A DNA stretch of 64,000 nt from Isurus oxyrinchus. Its lineage: Eukaryota. The notes under the pieces were generated by a model. It did not search any database. It was given only the letters and a program-made list of their open reading frames with translations, and had not been told where the DNA came from. The position numbers and the translations under genes are program-made. The DNA is taken from positions 4,092,001-4,156,000 of the forward strand of contig JANJGN010000052.1 of assembly GCA_026770705.1 (NCBI GenBank). The letters are read 5' to 3'. Of the stretch, positions 51,557 to 63,334 are shown piece after piece. Each line of letters opens with the position of its first letter. Position 1 is the first letter of the stretch.

Positions 51557-53231
51557 GTGAGTGTACACAGATTTCATCATCTGTCTCAGATTGAAACATG
51601 ACACAAACACAGACAAATATACAGACCTAAATAGACACCTGCAGATACACAATCCCTCGTATATGAGCACACACAAAGACACAAACAAACACACTAGCAC
51701 AATGCTCCCCAGTGGGTTACCTGACCTCCCTCAGTGCTGCACCGGAGAGTTGACCTGGATTCTGAGATTTCTGTTCCCTTTCATGTTTATAGAAGAATAT
51801 GGAAATTGCAAAGTCTATTACAGACACTCAGATGCATAGAGACACTCACAGATACTCTCTGTCTCTCCAACTCTCTATCCTCCTTTAAGAAGCTTCCTGA
51901 AACCTAACCCTTTGACCAGTCAATTGTCCCAACTCCTCCTTACGTGAATCCGTGTGAAATTTTGTTTGAGTATCTGAGAGTAAGAGAGAGGTGGAGAGGT
52001 TTAGGAAGGGAATTCCTGTTGGTGAAAAGCTTACATCATGTTCTCACTTTTCCAGTGCCCGTATTTCACCTGATGTCCAATGTCCTTGTTTATAATAGGG
52101 ATTGCCTATGTAAACGTCACGCTGTAGTTACACTGTGGTGGCACGGTAGCACTTAACCCTTGCATCTCTCAGCTTTTCAAGCAAATCCACTTCCCAGTTT
52201 GCTCCACAAGCTGTGAGTTCATCAGAATTAAATTATTTCTCAAACGATAGATTTGATGTCATTTTATTGAAAACTTCCTCAGTGCCTCCCTGAAGGGTTT
52301 ACACTCTCTGGGAAGCAGGAATAGGCTGGATGTTGGGGAGCTCATCTTTTCCCAGAGAGTAGGGATCCTCGGGAATGTGCTGTCAGTGGGTGTGGTGGTT
52401 GCTGTTTCTATGTTGCCTTCAAGAGGGATCTGGAGTGGTTACTGACTGGGGGAGAGATCATGGAAGCGGAGAATGATACAGCACAGGAGGAGGCCATTCA
52501 GCCCATGGTGCCTGTGCCAGGTCTTTCAATGTTCTATCCAATCAGATCCACTAACCACCACTCCACTTTGCCCCCATCTTCCTCCTTCAAGTGTTTATCC
52601 AATTCCCCTTTTGAAAGTTCCAATTGAATCTGCTTCCACCGCCCTTTCAGGCAGCACCTTCCAGATCACAACAACTCACTCTGTCAAAACAAATTCTCCT
52701 CATCTCCCCCTCCGGTTCATCAATCTGTGTCCCTCTGGTTACCGACCCTCCTGCCCCTTAAATACATCGATCCTGTTCACATCACCCACTCCCTGTGGGA
52801 GTGAGTTCCACATTCTCCTCTCTCTCTGGGTAAAGATTGGAACTGTCTATTAAGCGGGGGGTGTAAGTCCGTGGGGGAGTCCATCTCGATCCTGCCCGAT
52901 TCGCACACACGTCCGAGATGGATTTCCACCCTGCACTAAACGTTTCCAGAATTTTCTACAGCACAATCCTGTACACAGCGATGGAGAGAAACATTGGACA
53001 GGGAGTCCAACAACACAATGATCCATTCTCACCAATGTTCCACGCTAAGGGGAAAGTTCCGATTGTCCACTCTTAGAGTGTTTACAATGAAAACATTCAT
53101 TCCACATTGAATCCCAGTGGATGGGTCAATATTACAGCAAATGTTGCAGTGATATGAAGCTTGATTGTTCAGCCAGAGTGAGAGATTGAAAGCGGAGAGT
53201 CAGTGATGATTTCTTTCTGTGTGTTCTCTAG

Positions 53232-53371
53232 ACAGTGGAGGAGAGATTCTGCACGTGATCCTGATCCTGGGAATACGAGCTGTGATATTCCTTGTGGCTG
53301 TGGTTATCACTATCGCTGGAGTCTGTGTCTGGGAGAGACAAACAGTGAAAGGAAGTCGACAGACTGTTTGA
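53232..53371 (+). pseudogene. Siglec gene C transmembrane exon with intramembrane Arg (SGGEILHVILILGIRAVIFLVAVVITIAGVCVWERQTVKGSRQTV*)
   Basis: CTCTAG acceptor, phase 1; long hydrophobic run with a central R; short Tyr-free tail; downstream 54215-54335 is homologous to the gene A 3'UTR at 29493-29620; AATAAA at 54353. Confidence 0.8.
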
Positions 53372-53394
53372 AGCTTTGTACAGCAACAATCTCA

Positions 53395-53995
53395 TCATGG
53401 AACAGAAGGACGGCATTCGGCCCATCGAGTCCATTCTGTCTCTCTGTAAAGCAATACAGTCAGTCCCATTCCCCCGCTCTATCCCCGTATCCCTGTGAGT
53501 TTATTTCCCCTCATGTGTCCATCCAATTTCCGTTTGAAATCGTTCATCGTCTCCACTTCCACCATCCTCGTAGGCAGCGAGTTCCAGCTCATTACCACTC
53601 GCTGTGTAAAAAAGTTCCTTCTCACATCACCCCCTGTCCAAATCCTTCAATCTGTGTCCCCCAGTCCTTGTCCCATCAGCTAATGGTAACAGCATCTCTT
53701 TGTCTTCCTTATCTAAACCCATCATCATCTTGTACACCTCAATCAGATCCCCCCTCAATCTCCTTTGCTCCAAGGAGAACAACCCCAGCTTCTCCAACCC
53801 AACCTTGTAGCTAAAATCCCTCATCCCTGGACCCATTCTGCTCAATCTCCTCCCTAACCTCTCAAGGACCCTCACTTCCTTCCCAAAGTGAGGAGACCAG
53901 AACTGGACACAATACTCTAGTTGTGACCTAACCAGAGCTTTATAAATGTTCAGCATAACCTCCCTGTGTTTGTTCTCAATCCCTCGATTTATGAA
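53395..53995 (-). mobile_element. CR1 3' fragment
   Basis: LNIYKALVRSQLEYCVQFWSP...LGLFSLEQRRLRGDLIEVYK. Confidence 0.9.
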
Positions 53996-55589
53996 AAGCT
54001 TATTCTTTCCATCAGCACAAACAGCAATTTCCAAGCGGACTCCCATCAGCAGACTGAGTGCAATGAAACATCGGCATGCCTGCTTCTTAATGTACGGAGA
54101 GAAACCTGGAACGAGAGATTCTCCTTCTTCTCCTCAGCAAGCTGAAACTTTTCCTTATACCTGGTGCTCCCCAGTCCTGCTGTGTGGACACATCATAACC
54201 ACGGCATTGTCTGGCTGTGTGCAGCCAACATGGTCGAATAGGAATGAACAGAAATGTGACGTTGCTAAACTCTGTTCTCTGATTGGAATGTGCTTTCTGA
54301 ATGCTGCACCTTTTTCATGCTGCGATAGATTGTAAGAAGCATTTGGGTTATGAATAAAATTACATTGATTAACACAAGTGATAAAAAGTTCAGCCTGTTC
54401 TGTAGATATTTATAGATTAAAATTCATATTTTGCTGCCAAATTCTTGCCTCAAAGACATTACTTCATATTGTCATGTTTTCCAATCAGATGATTTCCTGT
54501 GCCCATCTTTATAATAGAAATTTCCAAAGTATACATGTCACATTGCAGCTGCACACACTCCTGCCAGTGGGTGGTGCGATATGAAGGCTGCCTTGCTGCT
54601 CAGAAACAGTGAGAAATATTCCTGTTTTTGCATGAACTTCATGTGTGCATGAGACACAGGCATCAGATGCAATTTTGTACAATTTGTACAATGTTCTTTA
54701 GACAGCGCAGCACTCCCTCTGTTCAAACCCTCCAACAGTGCAGCACTCCCTCAGTACTGACCCTCCGACAGTGCAGCTCTACCTCAGTTCAAACCCTCCG
54801 ACAGTGTAGCACTCCCTCAGTTCAAACCCTCCGACAGTGCAGCTCTACCTCAGTTCAAACCTTCCGACAGTGTAGCACTCCCTCAGTTCAAACCCTCCGA
54901 CAGTGTAGCACTCCCACAGTTCAGACCCTCCGACAGTGCAGCACTCCCTCAGTTCAAACCCTCCGACAGTGCAGCACTCCCTCAGTTCAAACCCTCTGAC
55001 AGTGCAGCACCCCTCAGTTCAAACCCTCCGACAGTGCAGCACTCCCTAAGTACTGAACCTCCGACAGTGCTGCACTCCCTCAGTACTGACCCTCCGACAG
55101 TGCAGCACTCCCTCGGTACTGAACCTTCGACAGTGCTGCACTCCCTCAGTTCAGACCCTCTGACAGTAAAGCACTCCCTCAGTACTGATCCTCCGACAGT
55201 GCTGCACTACCTCACTAATTAGCGACTGGAAGGTTTATGTTCATTTATCTTTATTTTCCATTCCTATTGAGCAATGAAGCTCCTGATTTGCCACCTTTCT
55301 GTACCTCGTCCAATGCTTCTTTTATCAGGACTTCCACATCGATGTGAAAGAGCCATGATGATAGCAGACAGTCGCACAATGGGAATGGCACTAGGCCAGT
55401 GATCCAGAGGCCCAGGTGAATGCTTTGGAGGTAAGGGTTCAAATCCCACCACGGCAGCTGGAGGAATTTAGATTCGATTAATCAATAAATTTAATTGATT
55501 GATACATTTTTTTCTTGTTCATTTCAGGGATGTTGGTGTCGCTGACTAGGCCAGTATTTGTTGCCCATCCCCAATTGCCTTTGAGAACA

Positions 55590-56535
55590 TATGGATATCT
55601 GAGTTAGGATCAGGAGTAGGTCACTCAGCCCCTCGAACCTGCTCCGCCATTCAGTAAGATCATGGCTGATCTGATTGTCACCTCAACCTCACATTCCTGC
55701 CTACCCCCAATGACCTTTCACCCCATTGTTAATCAAGAATCTATCTAGCTCTGCCTTAAAAATATTCAAAGACCCTGTTTCCACTGCCTTTTGAGGCAGA
55801 GTGTTCCAAAGACTTACTACCCTCTGAGAGAAATCATTTCGCCTCATCTCTATCTTAAATGAGCGACCCCTTATTTTTAAACCATGACCCCCTAGTTCAA
55901 GATTCTCACACAAGAGGGAACATCCTCTCCATATCCACCCTGTCAAGACTCACCTGGATCTTAAAGGTTTTAATTAAGTTGCCTCTTACTCTTCTAAACT
56001 CCAGTGGATACAAGCCTAACCTGTCCAACCTGACCTCATAAGACAACCCGACCAATCCTGGTATTAGTCTAGTAAACCTTCTCTGAACTGCTTCTAATGC
56101 ATTTACATCTTTCTTTAAGTAAGGTGACCTTACTGTACAGAGTACTCCAGATGTGGTCTCACCAGTGCCCTGTACAACTGAACGTAACCTCCCTACTTTT
56201 CTATTCAATTCCCCCACAGTAAATTATAACATCCCATAGCTTTCCGATTGACCTGCTGTATCTGCAAACCAGCCTTTTGTGATTCATGCACGAGGACACC
56301 CAGATCCCTCTGCATCTCAGAGCTCTGCAATCTCTCACCTTTTAGATAATAATCTTCCTTCTTGTTCTTTCTGACAAAATGAACACTTTCACATGCGCCC
56401 ACATTATTCTCCATTTGTCAGATCTTTGCCCACTCACTTAACCTATCGATGTCACTTTCTAACCACCTTACATCCTCTTCACAATTTACTTTCCAACCTA
56501 TCTTTGTGTCAGCAGCTCATTTAGCCGCCATTCCT
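55590..56535 (-). mobile_element. CR1 3' fragment
   Basis: LEAVQRRFTRLIPG...LGLYPLEFRRVRGNLIKTFKI. Confidence 0.9.
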
Positions 56536-57004
56536 GGGCAGTCCAGGTGCTTCTCCACCGAGGTTCAAATGAGCACAGTTTATATATTTTTTACTCTCAG
56601 TTACAAGGTAATGGTATTAGTTAGACAAAGGCCACAGCACAATGACCCTCCGGTGGGCTGATAATTGTGTTCTTGTACAGTAATTACAGGGCAGAGACTG
56701 GCTATTGTCCTTTTGAGACAGCAAAGAATCTATGTTTGTTCGCTACAAAAGGTTTCCGGAGGCTGACTGGATGTGGTTCAAGGCCAATCGGAGGGTGTGA
56801 AATAACCTTCCCCATTTCTTGATTGAGTCACCCTGTGTCCTTGTGTGTGTGTCTCCCATTTCCTCATTGCAAATTTACAGCTGAACCCTTTGTACAGGTT
56901 TTTAGCTTTCACGTAAGGATGTGATTGTCTGTGTACGCTTTGTCACCCTAGCTGCTGGTCCTGGCTGGTTCTTTAAAATAAATCCAAATTTTCTGCACCT
57001 TCAG

Positions 57005-58075
57005 TGAGATTCTCTCTTGTTGGAGCTGGTCATTGCCTGGCACTTGTGTGGCATGAATGTTACTTATCACCTGTCAGCCCAAGCCTGGATGTTGTCCAGG
57101 TCTTGCTGCATTTGGACATAACTTGCTTCAGTATCTGAGGAGCCGTGAATGATGCTGAACATTGTGCAAACATCAGCAAACATCCCCACTTCTGACCTTA
57201 TGATGGAAGGAAGGTCATTGATGAAGCAGCTGAAGATGGTTGGGCCTAGGACACTACCCTGAGCAACTCCTGCAGTGATGTCCTGGAACTGAGATGATTG
57301 ACCCCCAATAATCACAACCATTTTCCTTTGTGCTGGGTATGACTCCAAGCAGCACAGAGTTTTCCCCCGATTCCCATTGACTCCAGTTTTGCTCGGGCTC
57401 CTTGATTTGCCACACTCAGTCAAATGCTGCCTTGATGTCAAGGACAGTCACTCTCACCTCTGGAGTTCAGCTCATTTGTGCATGTTTGAACCAAGGCTGT
57501 AATGAGGCCAGGAGCTGAATGATCCTGGTGGAACACAAACTGAGCGTCAGTGAGCAGGTTCTTGCTAAGCAGGTGCTGCTTGCAAGCGCTGTTGATGACC
57601 CCTTCCATCACTTTAGTAATGATCAAGAATAGACTGCTGGGTAATTGGCTGGGTTGGATTTGTCCTGCTTTTTGTGTACAGGACGTACCCCATAGCCGGG
57701 TAGTTGCCAGTGTTGCAGCTGTACTAGAAAATTCCAGAAAAGCTTGGCTAGGGGCGCAGCAAGTTCTGGAGCACAAGTCTTCAGTACTGTTGCCAGAATA
57801 TTTTCAGGGCCTGGAGCATTTACAATATCCAGTGCCTTCAGCCCTTTCTTGATATCACGTGGAATTAATCGAATTGGCTAAAGATTGGCATCTCTGATGC
57901 TGGGGACCTCCGGAGGAGGCCGAGATGGATCACCCACTCAGCACTTCTGGCTGAAGATTGTTGCGCATGCTTCAGTCTTGTCTTTTGCACTGGTGTTCTG
58001 GGCTCCTCCATCATTGAGGATGGGGATATTTGTGGAGTCTCCTCCTCCAGTGAGTTGTTTAATTGTCCACGACTG
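57005..58075 (-). mobile_element. CR1/L2-class LINE RT fragment
   Basis: GVAQGSVLGPTIFSCFINDL...MFADVC; same family as 29655-31750. Confidence 0.87.
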
Positions 58076-60007
58076 GATGTGACATCTGGAATGCGAAGCT
58101 AGTCTCAGTAATGGTGACCATGAAACTAAGGCCAATTGTTGCAAAAACCCATCTGTGTCACTAATGCCCTTTGGGGAAGGAAACCTGCCGTCCTTACCCA
58201 TTCTGGCCTACGTGTGACTCCTGACCCACAGCAATGTGGTTGACTCTTAACTGGCCCCTGAAATGGCCGAGCAAGCCACTGAGTTATATCAAAACCCGCC
58301 ACAGACCAGTCAAACCAGATGAACTGCAGCACTTCGAAAAGGCAGCTCAGCACCCCCTTCTCCAGGGCTCAGTCAGGAACAGGTAACAAACGCTGTCCAC
58401 ATCCCGTGAAAGAATTTTGGTAAAAAGGTAGCCGTGTATCACCACCCACGGCCAGCGCCAACCCCCCCACCCCTACCTGATTGCACCAGTTTCAGATTAC
58501 ACCAGGTCAATGAACGGATAGAAACTCAAACCAATGAGATGAGCACAGAGAAGGATCAAGCCAGAGAGAGTTGGTGGGAAGAATTGGGAAAGCAACAAAA
58601 AAGGCAGAGCGGACACTAACACTATAACAAAGTAAAGACCAGAGGAGGAAGGAAGCAAGTGGGAAGAGGAATTGAGAGTAGAGCTGGTAGGCTGCTTGTC
58701 AAAGCCAAGGAACATCCATAGGTCACACCCACAGTGCTTTTGGGGAGGGTGATACATGATTTTGACCCAGGATCATCAAGTTTTGCACTGGCAGAGCCGT
58801 TAAAGAAAAGGGACCTTCACTACCTGTGTCCCCCGCCCAACAAAACTGTTGACATGCTGAGTCCACCTGTACAGGCAACCTCCAGACAGTTGACTACAAA
58901 GGCCATTGCAGCTGCTGAATATGACTTCCAGTTTCAAAACCTTCATGAATACAAGGATGGGGGATTCAGCAGGAATATTCCTGCACATCCTGTGGCAGAT
59001 CCTGTAAATAAAAGGGACCTTCACTCACTCCTCAAAGCTGCTGACCTGCTGATTCACATCTACAGGCAACCTCCAAATAGTCAACTAAAGAAGACAACGC
59101 AGCTGCTGAATGTGACTCCTAGTTTTAAACCCTTCACTCTGGAAAGAAGGAATCCAGTGCAAAGGCCTCAGTATGATTCTTCACAGAAACTGATTTTAAA
59201 TCTCATGTCTAAGTATTATTTTTCCTTTGCTTACATTTTAATCCCTGCACCTGATGGCTTTATCGCTTCAACTTAAATAACTTTCAGCAGGAGCCAGGTT
59301 CAAATTGAATGGACAAGCTGGCTTGGGAGGCCAAAAGGCCTACTCCTGCTTCTGTTTATTTATGTTGGTGTTGTTATGTAGTGGAACTAGAGAGGTTATA
59401 GCAGTTATGAGAGCATTAAGCAAACAGCAGCAAGAATTGAACACCTACGTTGTGGTTTATGAAAAGGTTTTCAACCTGGTCAATTGGTAAAATCTGTTGA
59501 AAGTGGGCTATCATGGCGTGTGCCCTTTGTGAGATATTTGTAACAACGTTCTCGATGTCGGAACAGCTTGCATTGAACAAAGCTGATCTTTACCCAGAAC
59601 TTCAGAGGAAGGGGGGACAATTGTTCCCTGGTGTGGGGGGCATGGTGGGGGGGGAGGGTGAGGGAGAGACAAGTAGCCTGAAATACCAAGCCAGACACTT
59701 TGTGAAGACAAAAGTTGTTTATTCATTTTTTTTCACAAATCATAATCTTTACAATTAAAGTCCCGACAAGATAATGGTGAATCATGAACACATTGTCGGG
59801 GTCAATCTGTGCCCGGGAGCATAAAGCAGCAAAATCAGGAGCCCGCTTTACATCTCTCTGAATTTTAACTATCATTAACCCCAGTAACATCCATTCAAAT
59901 GACTTAGTCATAAGATTCCTCACACATTCACTTGCACACTCACACACCCACACCCACACAGACACACTGACACACTCACTCATTCACATTGACACACACT
60001 GACACAG

Positions 60008-60043
<36 letters not shown>

Positions 60044-60490
60044 ACACAATCACACACATTCACATTGACACGCACTGACAGTCACACATACACACACACA
60101 CGCTGACACAATCACACACATTCACATTGACACACACATATTGACAGTCACACACACGCGCTCATAAAGACAGACACAAACACAGTCACGTGAGGTGAAT
60201 AGTGTCGATGTATTTAAGGGGAAGCTGGATAAACACACGAGGGAGAAATGAATAGAAGGATATGGTGATGGGGTGAGATGGAGAAGGGGTGGGCGGAGAC
60301 TCGTGTGGAGCAGAAACTCCAGCATGGAACAGATGGGCCGAATGGCTTCTTTCCCTGCTGTAAAACGCAGGTAAAGTTTCAGTTGGAATTAATGAACAGG
60401 GCCTGTGTGAAATAGATTGCTAAGCAGTAGATAAGGAGGGGAGAGGCTGTGGCATGGTGCAGGATGACCTTGCGTGAATGAGGCCAGGGT

Positions 60491-60606
60491 CTAATATCTA
60501 CAGCAGAGCCACAAGTCTCATTTGGTTCTCTCCAATTACAGCAGTTACAGCAGAATCTGCAGAGCTGCTGTCTGCCCATTCTCTTCTGGCGCTGCAGCAA
60601 GGAGCC
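60491..60606 (-). pseudogene. hamp: Hepcidin exon 3 (GSLLQRQKR|MGRQQLCRFCCNCCNWREPNETCG[-1 fs]xCCRY*)
   Basis: TTTTCCAG acceptor, phase 0, furin site RQKR, CxxCCxCC...CG; the last CCRY-TAG is one base out of frame (116 nt rather than 117). Confidence 0.9.
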
Positions 60607-61566
60607 CTGGAAAAGCAGGAGGACAATAGGTGAGAACATTCCGGAAAGAAAGAAGGCATCATTTCAATCAGGCGCGTCATTGGAAGGAGGATGGCGCATT
60701 TCTATAGCGCCTTTCCCCTCCTCAGGATGGCCCAAAGTGTTCCACAGCTGAAGGAAGGACTTTTTCTGAAGTGAGCTCACCGCTGTAATGTAGGAAACGC
60801 AGCAGGCAATTCACGCACAGCAAGATCCCACAAACAGAAATGTGATAATGGCCCCGATTTTCAGTTTTTTACCAATGTCAGTTGAGGGATAAATGTTTGC
60901 CCCAGGAAAGCAGACATAACTCCACCCATCCACCCCCCACCACCCCCTCCACACATACCCCCAACTCCTGAAACACTTCATTTAAATTGTGGCCATGGAA
61001 TCCTCTACATCCATCTGAGAGGGCAGATGTTGTCTCAGTTTAACATCTCATCTGAAAGACAGCGCCTTCAACAGTGCAGCACCCCCTCAGTACTGACCCT
61101 CCGACTGTGCATCACTCCCTCAGTACTGACCGTCTGACAATGCAGCACCCCCTCAGTACTGACCCTCCGACTGTGCAGTCCCCCGCTGGTACTGACCCTC
61201 TGACAGTGCAGCACTCCAAGACTGACCGTCTGACAATGCAGCACCCCCGCAGTACTGACCCTCCGACTGTCCTGCCCCCCCGCCGGTACTGACCCTCCGA
61301 CAGCTCGGTAATTTCTCAATTACGCCTGGTGGTCCTTTTAACTCCGAGCTGAGAGTTGCAGAGAATCGAGCAGACACCCTGAACTGACACTTGCAGTGCA
61401 AGTACTGGGAGCGCGCTGGTCATTATCATGCTGCTGTCTGTGGGATCTTACTGTGCGCCAATGGCTGATTCTTTTCCCACAGTACATCAGTGACCTCACA
61501 TGAAAGAAAAAAAGCACTTGATTGTCTGCGAAACAGTTTGGGACGTCCTGATGTGTTGGAAGGCGC

Positions 61567-61743
61567 TAGAGAAATGCAAGAGTTGACGTTTCGAGTCCTC
61601 ATGACCCTTCTGAGGACTCGAAACGTCAACTCTTTTCTTCTCCGCCGATGCTGCCAGACCTGCTGAGTTTTTTCAGGTAATTCTGTTTTTGTTTTGGATT
61701 TCCAGCATCTGCAGTTTTCTTTGTTTTTATAGAGAAATGCAAG
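61567..61743. mobile_element. Short Penelope-type fold-back with 14-bp target duplication
   Basis: Same sequence as 19242-19389; tagagaaatgcaag at 61567-61580 and 61730-61743. Confidence 0.8.
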
Positions 61744-62745
61744 TCCTCTTTGTCTTTCACTCGATCCTCTAAGGTGTCTGTTGATTAACCAGCCTCTCGG
61801 TGTTTGATGTAGGCCTGGTTATAAACAGTTAGAAGGATCAAATATCAAAAGTGCTTTGGCTGACAGTCAAACCGATTGCGCATTCGGAGAGATTAGATAC
61901 GGTCTGCGCACAATGACTCCAGTCTCTGGCACTGACTGCCGCCTGGGGTCTCCCTTCCACATAACACTCACAACTTGCATTTACACAGCGCCTCTGACAT
62001 TGCAAAATGTCCCAGCCCACATTACCGGAGCGTAAATCAGAGAGAAGTCTAACACTGAGTCACATATGGAGATATTAGGGATAGGTGACCAAAAGCTTGG
62101 TCAAAGATGTCAGTTTTTAAGGAGCGTCTTAAAGGAGAGAGAGAGAGAGAGGCAGAGAGGTTAAGGGAGGGTATTCCGGAGCTCAGGGCCCCAGGCAGCT
62201 GAAGGCACGGCCACCAATGGTGGAGCGATGGGAATCAGGGGGACCCGGGAGATGCAGTAATGTCAGAGATTTTGGAGGAACATCGGGACCGGAGGAGGTG
62301 TTCTCCTGCTCCATATCTCTCTCTCTCTTCCTCTCATCCACTCCTCCTCTCCCTGTCTCTCTCTCTCCTACTCTTCCTCTCAATTGCCCTCTCTCCCAAT
62401 CTTTCTCTCCTCTCTCCCTTTTCCTGTCTCTCTCCCTCTCTCTCTCCCTGTCTCCTTCTCCCACTCTGTATCTCTCCCTCTCTCTCACACTATTTTTGTA
62501 CCTTTCGCTCACTCTGTAACTCTCCCTTTCCTGTTAATTTCTCTCTCTTGGACAATCTCTCTTCCCTTTTCACTTTCCCGCACTCTGCATCTCTTCTTTA
62601 ATTTCTCCCTCTGTCACTCTCTCCCACCTATGTTCTTTCCCTTTCACCCCTCCCCGTCCCACTCTCTGTCTCTCTCTTCCAATCCCTCCCTCCCTCATTC
62701 CATCCCTCTCTCCGACTCTCGACTCCCAGCCTCTCTTTAACCCAC

Positions 62746-62803
62746 TCCCAGGCTGGATCAGTCTCCCTCTCACTATTCCCGGCGTGGGTTACATTTAAAA
62801 TTC
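62746..62803 (-). pseudogene. hamp: Candidate hepcidin exon 2 (pro-region, ...NVTHAGNSERETDPAW...)
   Basis: CCCCACAG acceptor and GTGGGT donor, 58 nt versus about 60 expected; needs indels to keep phase 0-0. Confidence 0.4.
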
Positions 62804-63334
62804 CTGTGGGGATATGTTCAGTTCCTTGGAATTGCCTCTTCCCAGCTTTGCAAAAAAAAGGGGGCGGCGGGGGGCTCGATTTCAAACATGCCTCCTGAGT
62901 ATAACCGAGACAGACTGCCACTGAAATCAGCTTGAAATCAGAAATCAGAGGGCAGACGGGGGACTCGGTTTAATGTCTCATTCAACATTGTTGTGCTCCC
63001 TCAGTACTAACCCTTTGACACTGCAGCACTCCCTCAGTACTAACCCTTCGATAGTGCTGCACTCCCACCCTATTGTCCCTCCGTCAGTGCAGCGCTCCCT
63101 CAGTACTGACCCTCCGACAGTGCAACACTTCCACAGTACTGACCCTGTAACAATGCAGCACTTCCTCAGTACTGACCTCCGACAGTATAGCACTCACTCA
63201 GTACTGTCCCTCCAATAGTGCAACACTTCCACACTACCGACCCTCTGACAGTGCAGCACTCCCTCAGCACGGAGTGTTGACCGACGTTATGGGACTGAAT
63301 TCCCTGGAGTGAGACTCAGACCAGAGATTTAGGT

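Noticed and set aside
54016-54335. Cytoplasmic coding exon of gene C
   Set aside because: Acceptor and phase are plausible, but the upstream donor is defective, there is no signalling motif, and it overlaps 3'UTR-homologous sequence
58734-59276. 180-aa ORF as a gene
   Set aside because: Contains an internal duplication (KRDLH...AA), has no recognisable domain and no convincing splice context
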